A stretch of DNA of 64,000 bases from Terriglobales bacterium (GTDB lineage Bacteria > Acidobacteriota > Terriglobia > Terriglobales > Acidobacteriaceae), in contig JBEKQG010000001.1 in NCBI GenBank assembly GCA_049519955.1, positions 2,590-66,589 on the forward strand, read 5' to 3'. This document shows, piece by piece, positions 55,739 to 63,181 of the stretch; positions within the stretch are counted from its first letter, which is position 1; every line of letters begins with the position of its first letter. The position numbers and the translations under genes are program-made. The notes below the pieces were generated by a model that was given only the letters and a program-made list of their open reading frames with translations, was not told the DNA's origin and ran no database searches.

Positions 55739-56384
55739 GAACGACCGCATTGCCGCCGAGTTGCGCGCCCGATTTCAGGAGCACGGCGTTTTGTGCCTGA
55801 ACATCATCAGTTCTCCGGGTTCCGGCAAAACCAGTCTACTGGAGCGCACTCTCGAGACGCTGCCGCGGCACGATCGCGTGGCCGTTCTGACGGGCGATAT
55901 TCAAACGGAAAACGACGCCAACCGGCTGAAGCGGTTTCATTTCCCTGTAAAGCAAATTACCACCGGCGGCACGTGCCACCTCGATGCGCGCATGATTGAG
56001 CGTCACTTGGCGGATTGGAAGCTCGAAGACCTCGACCTTCTGCTGATCGAAAATGTGGGTAACCTCGTTTGTCCTTCCAGTTATGACTTGGGTGAAGCGG
56101 CCAAGGTTGTGGTGCTCAGCGTTACCGAAGGCGAGGACAAGCCGTTGAAGTATCCTTCCATTTTCTTCAAGTCCGACTTGCTCGTGCTAAGCAAGATCGA
56201 TCTGCTTCCCTATGTCCCGTTTGACATCGAAGCGGCGGTGGAAAATGCCCGCAAAGTGCATCCGGGCATGGAAATTGTGAAGGTATCTTGCCTGACTGGC
56301 AACGGGTTGCATGAATGGAGGACGTGGTTGGAGAAACGGCGCAGGGCGCGGAAGCCGCTGGCGCCTCCGCCCGTGGCCGGATGA
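55701..56384 (+). CDS. hypB: hydrogenase nickel incorporation GTPase HypB
   Basis: SSPGSGKTSLL P-loop, CHLDA, ENVGNLVCP and SKIDLL motifs. Start at ATG 55701, overlapping the hypA end. There is no His-rich N-terminal stretch. Confidence 0.9.
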   Translation: MDRVPLERKVLSENDRIAAELRARFQEHGVLCLNIISSPGSGKTSLLERTLETLPRHDRVAVLTGDIQTENDANRLKRFHFPVKQITTGGTCHLDARMIERHLADWKLEDLDLLLIENVGNLVCPSSYDLGEAAKVVVLSVTEGEDKPLKYPSIFFKSDLLVLSKIDLLPYVPFDIEAAVENARKVHPGMEIVKVSCLTGNGLHEWRTWLEKRRRARKPLAPPPVAG

Positions 56385-56387
56385 TGC

Positions 56388-58727
56388 ATGGAAGTCCGCC
56401 GCCAGATCGAAGTCGCAGGCATTGTGCAGGGAGTCGGATTTCGTCCATACGTCTATCGCCTCGCGACCGGCAGGCGACTTAGCGGAACGATTCGCAACAC
56501 GCCCGCCGGAGTAACTATCGAGATACAGGGCCCGGCGGAGATCGTCCGGGAATTTCTGGAGCGGTTACCTGCCGATGCGCCGCCCCTGGCGCGGATTACA
56601 AGTGTTGTCGTGCATGAGATAGCGTGCCTTGCTGAGCAGGGCGGAAGCGGCCACGACTTCCGTATCATTCACAGCCACGGAGGAGAAGCAGTTAGCACGC
56701 TGATTTCGCCGGATGTTGCGATTTGTCCGGACTGCCTGCGTGAACTATTCGACCCGAACGACCGGCGCTATCGCTATCCCTTCATTAACTGCACCAACTG
56801 CGGGCCGCGCTTTACCATCATCCGCGACATTCCTTACGACCGGCCAAACACTTCGATGGCGATATTTCGCATGTGTCCGGCATGTCGTGCGGAATACGAG
56901 GACCCGCTGGATCGCCGCTTTCACGCCCAACCCAACGCCTGCTGGCAGTGCGGCCCTCGCGTGGAACTCTGGGATAAGTCGGGCAAGAGTATCGAATGCC
57001 GCGACCCAATTGCCGAGGCGGTCTCCGGACTTCATGCCGGATTGGCGGTCGCTGTGAAGGGACTGGGAGGATTTCACCTGGCCGTGGATGCAACCAACCC
57101 CGCGGCGGTCGGTCTGCTGCGGCAGCGCAAGCGGCGGGTGGAGAAGCCGTTTGCGGTGATGGTCCCGGATTTGGAAGCTGCCGCGAAAATCTGCGAATTA
57201 GATGATGGAGCGCGGACAGTCCTGCAATCGATACAGCGGCCGATTGTTTTGCTGAAGAAACTTCCGCGCCAGGGGAATGATCCCGGCGTGGTTTGCAACG
57301 AGGTTGCGCCCTTCAATCGCTACCTGGGAGTTTTCCTTCCTTACACGCCGCTGCATTACTTGCTGTTCGCCGAGGGAGGCTTTAGTGCTTTGGTGATGAC
57401 CAGCGGCAACCTGAGCGAGGAGCCGATCGCGATTGACAATCGAGAAGCGGTCGAGCGGCTCAGTGGCCTTGCCGACTATTTTCTGGTGCACAATCGCGAC
57501 ATCCTGCTGCGCTCGGACGATTCCGTGGTGCGAATCGCGGGCGGTATCACGCGCCAGTTGCGCCGTTCCCGAGGGTTTGTTCCAGTCCCGGTTTTTCTGA
57601 AATACGATCAGCCTTCGGTGTTGGCCGTCGGCGGCGAAATGAAAAATACGATATGCCTCACGAAAGGGAAGCACGCCTTCTTGAGCCAGCACATCGGAGA
57701 TTTGGAGAACGTCGAGAGTTATAGCTTTTTTCACGAGGCGGTTCAGCATCTCGAGCGAATACTGGAAATCCGCCCTGAGGTCATCGCCTACGACCTTCAT
57801 CCGGATTACTTCTCGACCAAATGGGCGTTGCGGCAAACTGGAGCGAAGTTAGTTGGTGTCCAGCATCATCACGCGCACATAGCAAGTTGCATGGCGGAGA
57901 ACCACCTTGAGGGGCGTGTGATTGGCTTTGCCATGGACGGCACTGGCTACGGCACCGACGGAAATATTTGGGGCGGGGAGGCGCTGATCGCCGGCTACGA
58001 AACCTTCGAACGCGCCGCTCATTTCGAGTATGTTTCTCTGCCCGGCGGAGCGGCTGCGATCCGCGAGCCATGGCGGATGGCAGTAAGTTACCTGGCCCAT
58101 CATTTCGGGTTCGGCTTCATGAAACAAGAGTTATCGAAGTTAGATATCTTGTTTGTGCGCCAACTAAGCCGGCCAAAGGTTGATCTTCTTCTGCGCATGA
58201 TGGAACAAGGCGTGAATTCGCCGCTCACGTCCAGTTGCGGGCGGCTGTTCGATGCCGTGGCCGCATTGGCCGGAATTCGTCAAGAGGTGAATTACGAGGC
58301 CCAGGCTGCGATTGAACTGGAAATGGCGATGGCATCGCCGGAGACTGCGCCGGCAGAAAGAGGCACTGGCTATCCGATGCAGCTCGTGCCCGAGGGTGAG
58401 CATTGGATCATTAGCACGCGTCCCATGTTTGAATCGCTGCTGGCGGACCTCAGTCGAAGTGTTCCAGTGGCCACGATCAGCCGGCGTGTCCACGACGGGT
58501 TGGTGGAGGGGTTCATCGATCTGGCAATGCTCTTGCGAAAGAAAGCCACGCTCAATCGGGTGTGCCTAAGCGGCGGAAGTTTTCAGAATATCTACCTGTC
58601 GGAACGACTCGAAGCACGGCTGTCGGAGTGTGGATTTGAGGTGTTCGCGCAAAAAGAGGTACCATCCGGCGATGGCGGATTGAGCCTGGGGCAAGCGCTG
58701 GTAGCGGCGGCAAGAATCCGCGCGTAG
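56388..58727 (+). CDS. hypF: carbamoyltransferase HypF
   Basis: 779 aa. It has an acylphosphatase-like N-terminus (VQGVGFRPYVYRLA), two CxxCx18CxxC zinc fingers, a YrdC-like segment and a Kae1-like C-terminus. Confidence 0.93.
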   Translation: MEVRRQIEVAGIVQGVGFRPYVYRLATGRRLSGTIRNTPAGVTIEIQGPAEIVREFLERLPADAPPLARITSVVVHEIACLAEQGGSGHDFRIIHSHGGEAVSTLISPDVAICPDCLRELFDPNDRRYRYPFINCTNCGPRFTIIRDIPYDRPNTSMAIFRMCPACRAEYEDPLDRRFHAQPNACWQCGPRVELWDKSGKSIECRDPIAEAVSGLHAGLAVAVKGLGGFHLAVDATNPAAVGLLRQRKRRVEKPFAVMVPDLEAAAKICELDDGARTVLQSIQRPIVLLKKLPRQGNDPGVVCNEVAPFNRYLGVFLPYTPLHYLLFAEGGFSALVMTSGNLSEEPIAIDNREAVERLSGLADYFLVHNRDILLRSDDSVVRIAGGITRQLRRSRGFVPVPVFLKYDQPSVLAVGGEMKNTICLTKGKHAFLSQHIGDLENVESYSFFHEAVQHLERILEIRPEVIAYDLHPDYFSTKWALRQTGAKLVGVQHHHAHIASCMAENHLEGRVIGFAMDGTGYGTDGNIWGGEALIAGYETFERAAHFEYVSLPGGAAAIREPWRMAVSYLAHHFGFGFMKQELSKLDILFVRQLSRPKVDLLLRMMEQGVNSPLTSSCGRLFDAVAALAGIRQEVNYEAQAAIELEMAMASPETAPAERGTGYPMQLVPEGEHWIISTRPMFESLLADLSRSVPVATISRRVHDGLVEGFIDLAMLLRKKATLNRVCLSGGSFQNIYLSERLEARLSECGFEVFAQKEVPSGDGGLSLGQALVAAARIRA

Positions 58728-58729
58728 AA

Positions 58730-59326
58730 ATGCAGGCGCGCACCCGCGCAGCGATCGCACACTTCGTCGTCGCGGAGGCGTTTATGACAAACGAACAGAC
58801 TGGAACTGGAGAGAGTCCAGATCGCGGGCCGCATTGGCCGGCGGCCGCCGCTTCACTGGCCGTGGGCGCTGCATTCTTCGCGTTCTGGTTCTGGGTGCTG
58901 CCGCCGTGGCTGGGCTTTCACGTTGACGCGGCGGGCGCGGCGCGATGGCGCTGTCTGGCCGCCGTTCCCTCGGTGTTTGGTTTCGCGGTGGCGCTGCGGT
59001 GCGTGTGGGACTTCGGATGGACGGGCCACGGAACGCCCGCGCCAGTTGTTCCGCCAAAAAGACTCGTGGTGGTGGGGTTCTATCGCTACGTGCGCAACCC
59101 GATGTACCTGGGATTCTACGCGGGCTGGATCGGACTGTGGGTGGTTTTCGGACGGGCGAGCCTGCTTGCAATCGCGGTGGCGTGCCTGGCAGTACTGGGC
59201 ACAACTTTGTTCGTGGCGCTATACGAAGAGCCGACGCTCGGAAAGATGTTCGGCGAGGACTATGCTGAATACCGCAGGAACGTCCCACGATGGATACCGC
59301 GGATGCGGGCATGGCACAAGCGATAA
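58730..59326 (+). CDS. isoprenylcysteine carboxyl / phospholipid methyltransferase family membrane protein
   Basis: LVVVGFYRYVRNPMYLGFYAGWIGLWVV...EEPTLGKMFGEDYAEYRRNVPRWIP is the ICMT/PEMT-type signature. The start may be the ATG at 58784. Confidence 0.72.
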   Translation: MQARTRAAIAHFVVAEAFMTNEQTGTGESPDRGPHWPAAAASLAVGAAFFAFWFWVLPPWLGFHVDAAGAARWRCLAAVPSVFGFAVALRCVWDFGWTGHGTPAPVVPPKRLVVVGFYRYVRNPMYLGFYAGWIGLWVVFGRASLLAIAVACLAVLGTTLFVALYEEPTLGKMFGEDYAEYRRNVPRWIPRMRAWHKR

Positions 59327-59748
59327 GGATGTATTGCTGGTTACCGTTGCAGCGCCAGGCGAGTAACTCATCCACAACTTGGCGATATATTGGGACTAGG
59401 ATGGTGTGCCGATCCGATCAATGAAAGTGCGGGGTGCGGCTTCTTCCGAAAAAACTCCGAAGGCGAGGCGCAATAGGGCAACTCGTCAAGTTCGGCCCGC
59501 CAATGGGGCGCTCGAACAGGATACGCCGTCAGCTTTCAAAGAACTCCTTGATGCGTGGCCAATACCTGCAAACGATCATATCGGTGCTGACGACAAACTT
59601 GCAGTTCCTCCTTGACACGCAGGCTCTGGCCGTCTAAACTCCTCTCCCAGCGCGGATTCTGGCCGCATTGACCGTTGTTAGCAATGCAATGGACTGCGGT
59701 TTCCGCGCCATCGCTGGTCTCATAAACGGTCCTCCGAGCAGGCTTCTC

Positions 59749-59815
59749 GGCCCGCAGGGATAAAGCCCGCGTTCTTGTTGGCCCTGCGCGGCACGGCTGA
59801 AGCGGTGCCCTACCC
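59749..59815. repeat. REP-like element, family 2, reverse orientation
   Basis: Its reverse complement gggtagggcaccgcttcagccgtgccgcgcagggccaacaagaacgcgggctttatccctgcgggcc aligns with 19902-19969. Confidence 0.8.
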
Positions 59816-59857
59816 AAGGCCGTTCCCAAGGCCATTTATGAGACCAGTTCTAACATT

Positions 59858-61549
59858 TTGGAGGCTCCCATGACCATCTCCCGTCTATTGAAAGTCGCCG
59901 CCACGCTGGTCTTGGTGTTCGTGTTGATATGCGCCATCGCCGCAGCTCAGAATCTCCAGATCGGCTCCGGCAATACTGCGTTCGCCGATCCGCCCGTGCC
60001 GCACCCGCACACCACGCCCTGCGTGGTCAAGCTGTATAGCGGATTCAAGTTCGACAACTACAGCGCCCACCCCTTCACTTACACGCCGCCCGCCGCGTGT
60101 CCCGGCCCCTGGGCCAAGGTCATTCTGGACGTCAATCTTTCCATCACCAAAGGAATCCAATACGATCGCACCGCCAACATCTGGCTCGGCCCCACCAATA
60201 TTTATTTCGGCACGACCGCCGAGGACCAGCCGAACGAGGGCCGCAACTGGCACGTGGAGCGCGACCTCACCGACTACAGTTCCATCTTTACCGTCGCGCA
60301 AGACGGCGCCGTGGATCTGGGCAACACCGTGAACTCCACCTACACCGGCGTTCTCTACGGTTCCGCGAGCGTCCTGTTTTACCCGCTGGAACCGAATCAA
60401 GCGCCGCCCTCCACCGCCGATCAGGTGATTGGCTTTTCCGCCGGTCCCACGGGCGGCACCGTCGGCCTCGGCAACGGCAGCAGCCTGCTCGAACAGACTC
60501 TAACGCTTCCCACCAACATCCAGCGCGTCTTCTTCGACGTCTTCGCGCAAAGCCAGTCGAACGACGAATTCTGGTACACCTGCGTTCCCAACGACGTTGC
60601 CAACGAACTGGAAAGCTGCGGCGGCACTGCGTTCCGCGAGTCCGAAGTCACCATCGACGGCACTCCCGCCGGCGTCGCCCCCGTCTATCCCTGGATCTTT
60701 ACCGGTGGCATCGATCCTTTTCTCTGGATTCCCATCCCCGGCGTGCAGACCATGAACTTCAAGCCCTATCGCGTCAATCTGACGCCCTTCGCCGCGCAGC
60801 TCGACGACGGCCAGCCCCACACCGTGGCCCTCAGCGTCTTTAACGCCGACAGCTACTTCTCCGCCACTGCCTCGCTCCTGCTCTATCTCGATAAGAACGC
60901 CACTCAAGTTACTGGAGGGGTCACCACCAACACGCTCGCCGTCCCCGTGCCCAGCGTGACCGAACACCTGAACACCTCGCCAAGCGGCAACCTCTCCGGA
61001 ACCGTCAACGTCAAGTCAAGCCACAACTTCGAGATCTCGGGATACGCCAACACCTCGCATGGCCTGGTCACCACCACGGTCGCGCAAAATATCGCCTTCG
61101 ACAGCCTGCAGTATTTCAAACTCACGAACGTGGAATACGAGCAGAACATCAACCAGACCAGCACGCTCCAATCGGTGGTGACCACCAGGGACGACACGGG
61201 CAAAACTGTTTACACCGTCCACCATGACTGGCCGCTGCTGCTGAACATCACCGTCCTGGTTGCGCCCGACGGCACTGAAACCCAGACCACGACCAGCAAC
61301 CAGTATTTCGAAGAGGACGAGGTGGCGAGGCACAACGGACAGGCCATCAACTTCAGTCTGGCCCAAAACCGCGTGACCACGACCGATACGCTCAACTTCG
61401 ATGCCAACGGCAACTTCACCGGCAACACCAACCAGTCGAGCGCGCAAAACTATTTCGCTTCCGACTCCACCGGATACTGCTACAGCAAGGACATCACTGG
61501 CAGTGCCAACGTCCTGACCGGCATTACCAGCGGCCAAGGCTGCAAATGA
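59858..61549 (+). CDS. secreted peptide-N4-(N-acetyl-beta-glucosaminyl)asparagine amidase A (PNGase A)-like protein
   Basis: It has a signal peptide. The segments YDRTANIWLGPTNIYFGTTAE and FRESEVTIDGTPAGVAPVYPWIFTGGIDPFLWIPIPGVQTMNFKPYRVNLTPFAAQLDDGQPHTVALSV parallel the plant PNGase A blocks as I remember them. Confidence 0.6.
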   Translation: MEAPMTISRLLKVAATLVLVFVLICAIAAAQNLQIGSGNTAFADPPVPHPHTTPCVVKLYSGFKFDNYSAHPFTYTPPAACPGPWAKVILDVNLSITKGIQYDRTANIWLGPTNIYFGTTAEDQPNEGRNWHVERDLTDYSSIFTVAQDGAVDLGNTVNSTYTGVLYGSASVLFYPLEPNQAPPSTADQVIGFSAGPTGGTVGLGNGSSLLEQTLTLPTNIQRVFFDVFAQSQSNDEFWYTCVPNDVANELESCGGTAFRESEVTIDGTPAGVAPVYPWIFTGGIDPFLWIPIPGVQTMNFKPYRVNLTPFAAQLDDGQPHTVALSVFNADSYFSATASLLLYLDKNATQVTGGVTTNTLAVPVPSVTEHLNTSPSGNLSGTVNVKSSHNFEISGYANTSHGLVTTTVAQNIAFDSLQYFKLTNVEYEQNINQTSTLQSVVTTRDDTGKTVYTVHHDWPLLLNITVLVAPDGTETQTTTSNQYFEEDEVARHNGQAINFSLAQNRVTTTDTLNFDANGNFTGNTNQSSAQNYFASDSTGYCYSKDITGSANVLTGITSGQGCK

Positions 61550-61835
61550 AGAACGGTTGCCAGTTGCCAGTATTCCGTTTGCGCAATCGCTCGGATCCGG
61601 CTGGCAACTGGCCACCGAGGACTGACAACTGAGTACGGGCAACTGTTCCTAAGCTGTGCGCCGCTTGTGCAAAATGCGGCCGCCGCGCGCGGCCGCGATT
61701 TGCGCAGTTTTCCGCAAAGCGCTCAAATCCCGCCGCCTGAGCGTTAACCGCGCTTGCCTTCGACCCCTGCTTGATCCGGATTCATCCGCGGCAATGCGCG
61801 CGCGAAAATTCCACCGTTGCACAATTCTTATGGTA

Positions 61836-61864
61836 TTGACCCGCCCGGCTTGTGCGCGTACAGT
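61836..61864 (+). promoter_or_regulatory. candidate sigma70-type promoter
   Basis: TTGACC (61836-61841), a 17-nt spacer, then TACAGT (61859-61864), about 110 nt upstream of the ORF at 61972. Pattern match only. Confidence 0.3.
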
Positions 61865-61971
61865 CACTCCACCCGAAAGACAAGAATCTGCCGAGCGGGC
61901 GGCCGTGCTCGGCCAGAATCCGAAACCCGAAAGAAACCACAAGCTCTACCGAAGGGTAAGGGAAAGCGCTT

Positions 61972-62298
61972 ATGAATCCTGAAAGCCAATGGACCATGTA
62001 CCGCACCCGATTCCTGGTGCGCGCTCGTCAACTGACTCAACAGCTCATCTTTACCGACGCGCTCGGTCGCGAACAATCCGGCCAGGCCGGCGACTACCTC
62101 GTAGAGTTCTCCGACGGCATGAGGCGAATCACCAGCCAAGCCCTCTTTGAGGACATCTACGTGGCGCTCGAACCGGCGCAGCTTGATGCCATGGCCGGAA
62201 GAGCTCGAACCGGAGTTTCCAGCGATGGAGTTCCCCGCGTCCTAGCCCGGCCCGTGGCTCGCGCCTCACCGGAAGACCGCGCCCGCGCTACCGCATAA
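61972..62298 (+). CDS. hypothetical protein (108 aa)
   Basis: ORF with coding-like composition (MNPESQWTMYRTRFLVRARQLTQQLIFTDALGREQSGQAGDYLVEFSDG...). I recognise no family. Confidence 0.4.
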   Translation: MNPESQWTMYRTRFLVRARQLTQQLIFTDALGREQSGQAGDYLVEFSDGMRRITSQALFEDIYVALEPAQLDAMAGRARTGVSSDGVPRVLARPVARASPEDRARATA

Positions 62299-62418
62299 GG
62301 CCAGGTTCCAAGGTTCCGAAGTTCAAGAATCTAAAGGTTCCAGACCCGCCCCGTAGTCTTCAGACTTTGAACCGCGAAACTCTGAGACCTCGAAAACTGG
62401 CCGCGTAGCACATTAGAG

Positions 62419-62470
62419 CTACAAGATGTTGCGTTTCCCTCTTGACAGGCACTATATACGGGAGTACTTT
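62419..62470 (+). promoter_or_regulatory. two NrdR-box-like palindromes overlapping a TTGACA-17-TACTTT promoter
   Basis: Box 1, ctACAAGATGTTGcgt (62419-62434), fits acaCwAnATnTwGtgt well. Box 2, gcaCTATATATAcggg (62449-62464), fits mainly in its left half. The -35 TTGACA is at 62442-62447 and the -10 TACTTT at 62465-62470. It lies about 720 nt upstream of nrdJ. Confidence 0.4.
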
Positions 62471-63093
62471 AAGCATCCCAAGCACTTTTTGCAGACCTCC
62501 ATCGAAGGGGGCAAGGACAGCAAAACAGCCGGGGCGAGACTCAAAGTTGAGGTGACTTCGCGTCTTGCGCTTCGCGGAAAACCATCCCTCGATATTGGAT
62601 GGAAAGAACTGGACGGAAAACAGCGGTGACTTCCCCTGGCTTGGCCGGGCGAGCGGTCCGGGGGATTTATCAACGCAGTTTGAATTTCGCGGCTGAAGCT
62701 GCTCGCCGACCGGCCCAGCTTCCGCCGTGCCTTTAGGAGCCCCGATGGACGGTCTGATCGAACTCGTTGCCGCCTCATTTGCCCGTCATGGCATCGAATG
62801 CCCAGTCGGGGATTCGCAGTTCGTGTGGGGACGGGCGACCTCGCCCGTCCAAACTGCGCCGGCCTTCACCACCGCGCTCCCAGAACACAATTACCGAAAA
62901 AGCTTGCAGGACGATCCCGCGCCGTAGGCTTCATATCGGGGTGTCGCTTGAGCGATACTACAAGCTCTTCGAAATCAGAAATCCCTTGAGGGGCCGGGCG
63001 GCGTCGCCCGATTTTTTCCGCGGTCGATTTGGCCACGCGCATTTTTGGAAATGAACGGAACATATTTCATAAACGGTTTCGTTGGGGAAGGGT

Positions 63094-63139
63094 TGGTTTT
63101 CAACCTTGAAACTCTGAAACCTTGAAACTCTGAAACCTG
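63094..63139. repeat. tandem-word array (ccttgaaactctgaaa x2)
   Basis: ggttttcaaccttgaaactctgaaaccttgaaactctgaaacctg, just upstream of nrdJ. The word family is the same as at 20098-20139. Confidence 0.75.
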
Positions 63140-63181
63140 TCATTTAGCTCTTTGTCATCATCTAATTTTAGGAGAACGGAA

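Noticed and set aside
61656-61982. 108-aa plus-strand ORF upstream of the hypothetical gene at 61972
   Set aside because: Its Arg/Cys/Ala-rich translation has no coding-like pattern. The region is better explained as a promoter (TTGACC-17-TACAGT) plus leader.
62471-63181. Cobalamin riboswitch in the long region upstream of nrdJ
   Set aside because: I could not find the conserved B12-box (…AGYCMGgAGaCCkGCc…-like) or the GGTGAAA-type core. In addition, B12 riboswitches normally control B12-independent isozymes rather than nrdJ. An Rfam scan would settle this.
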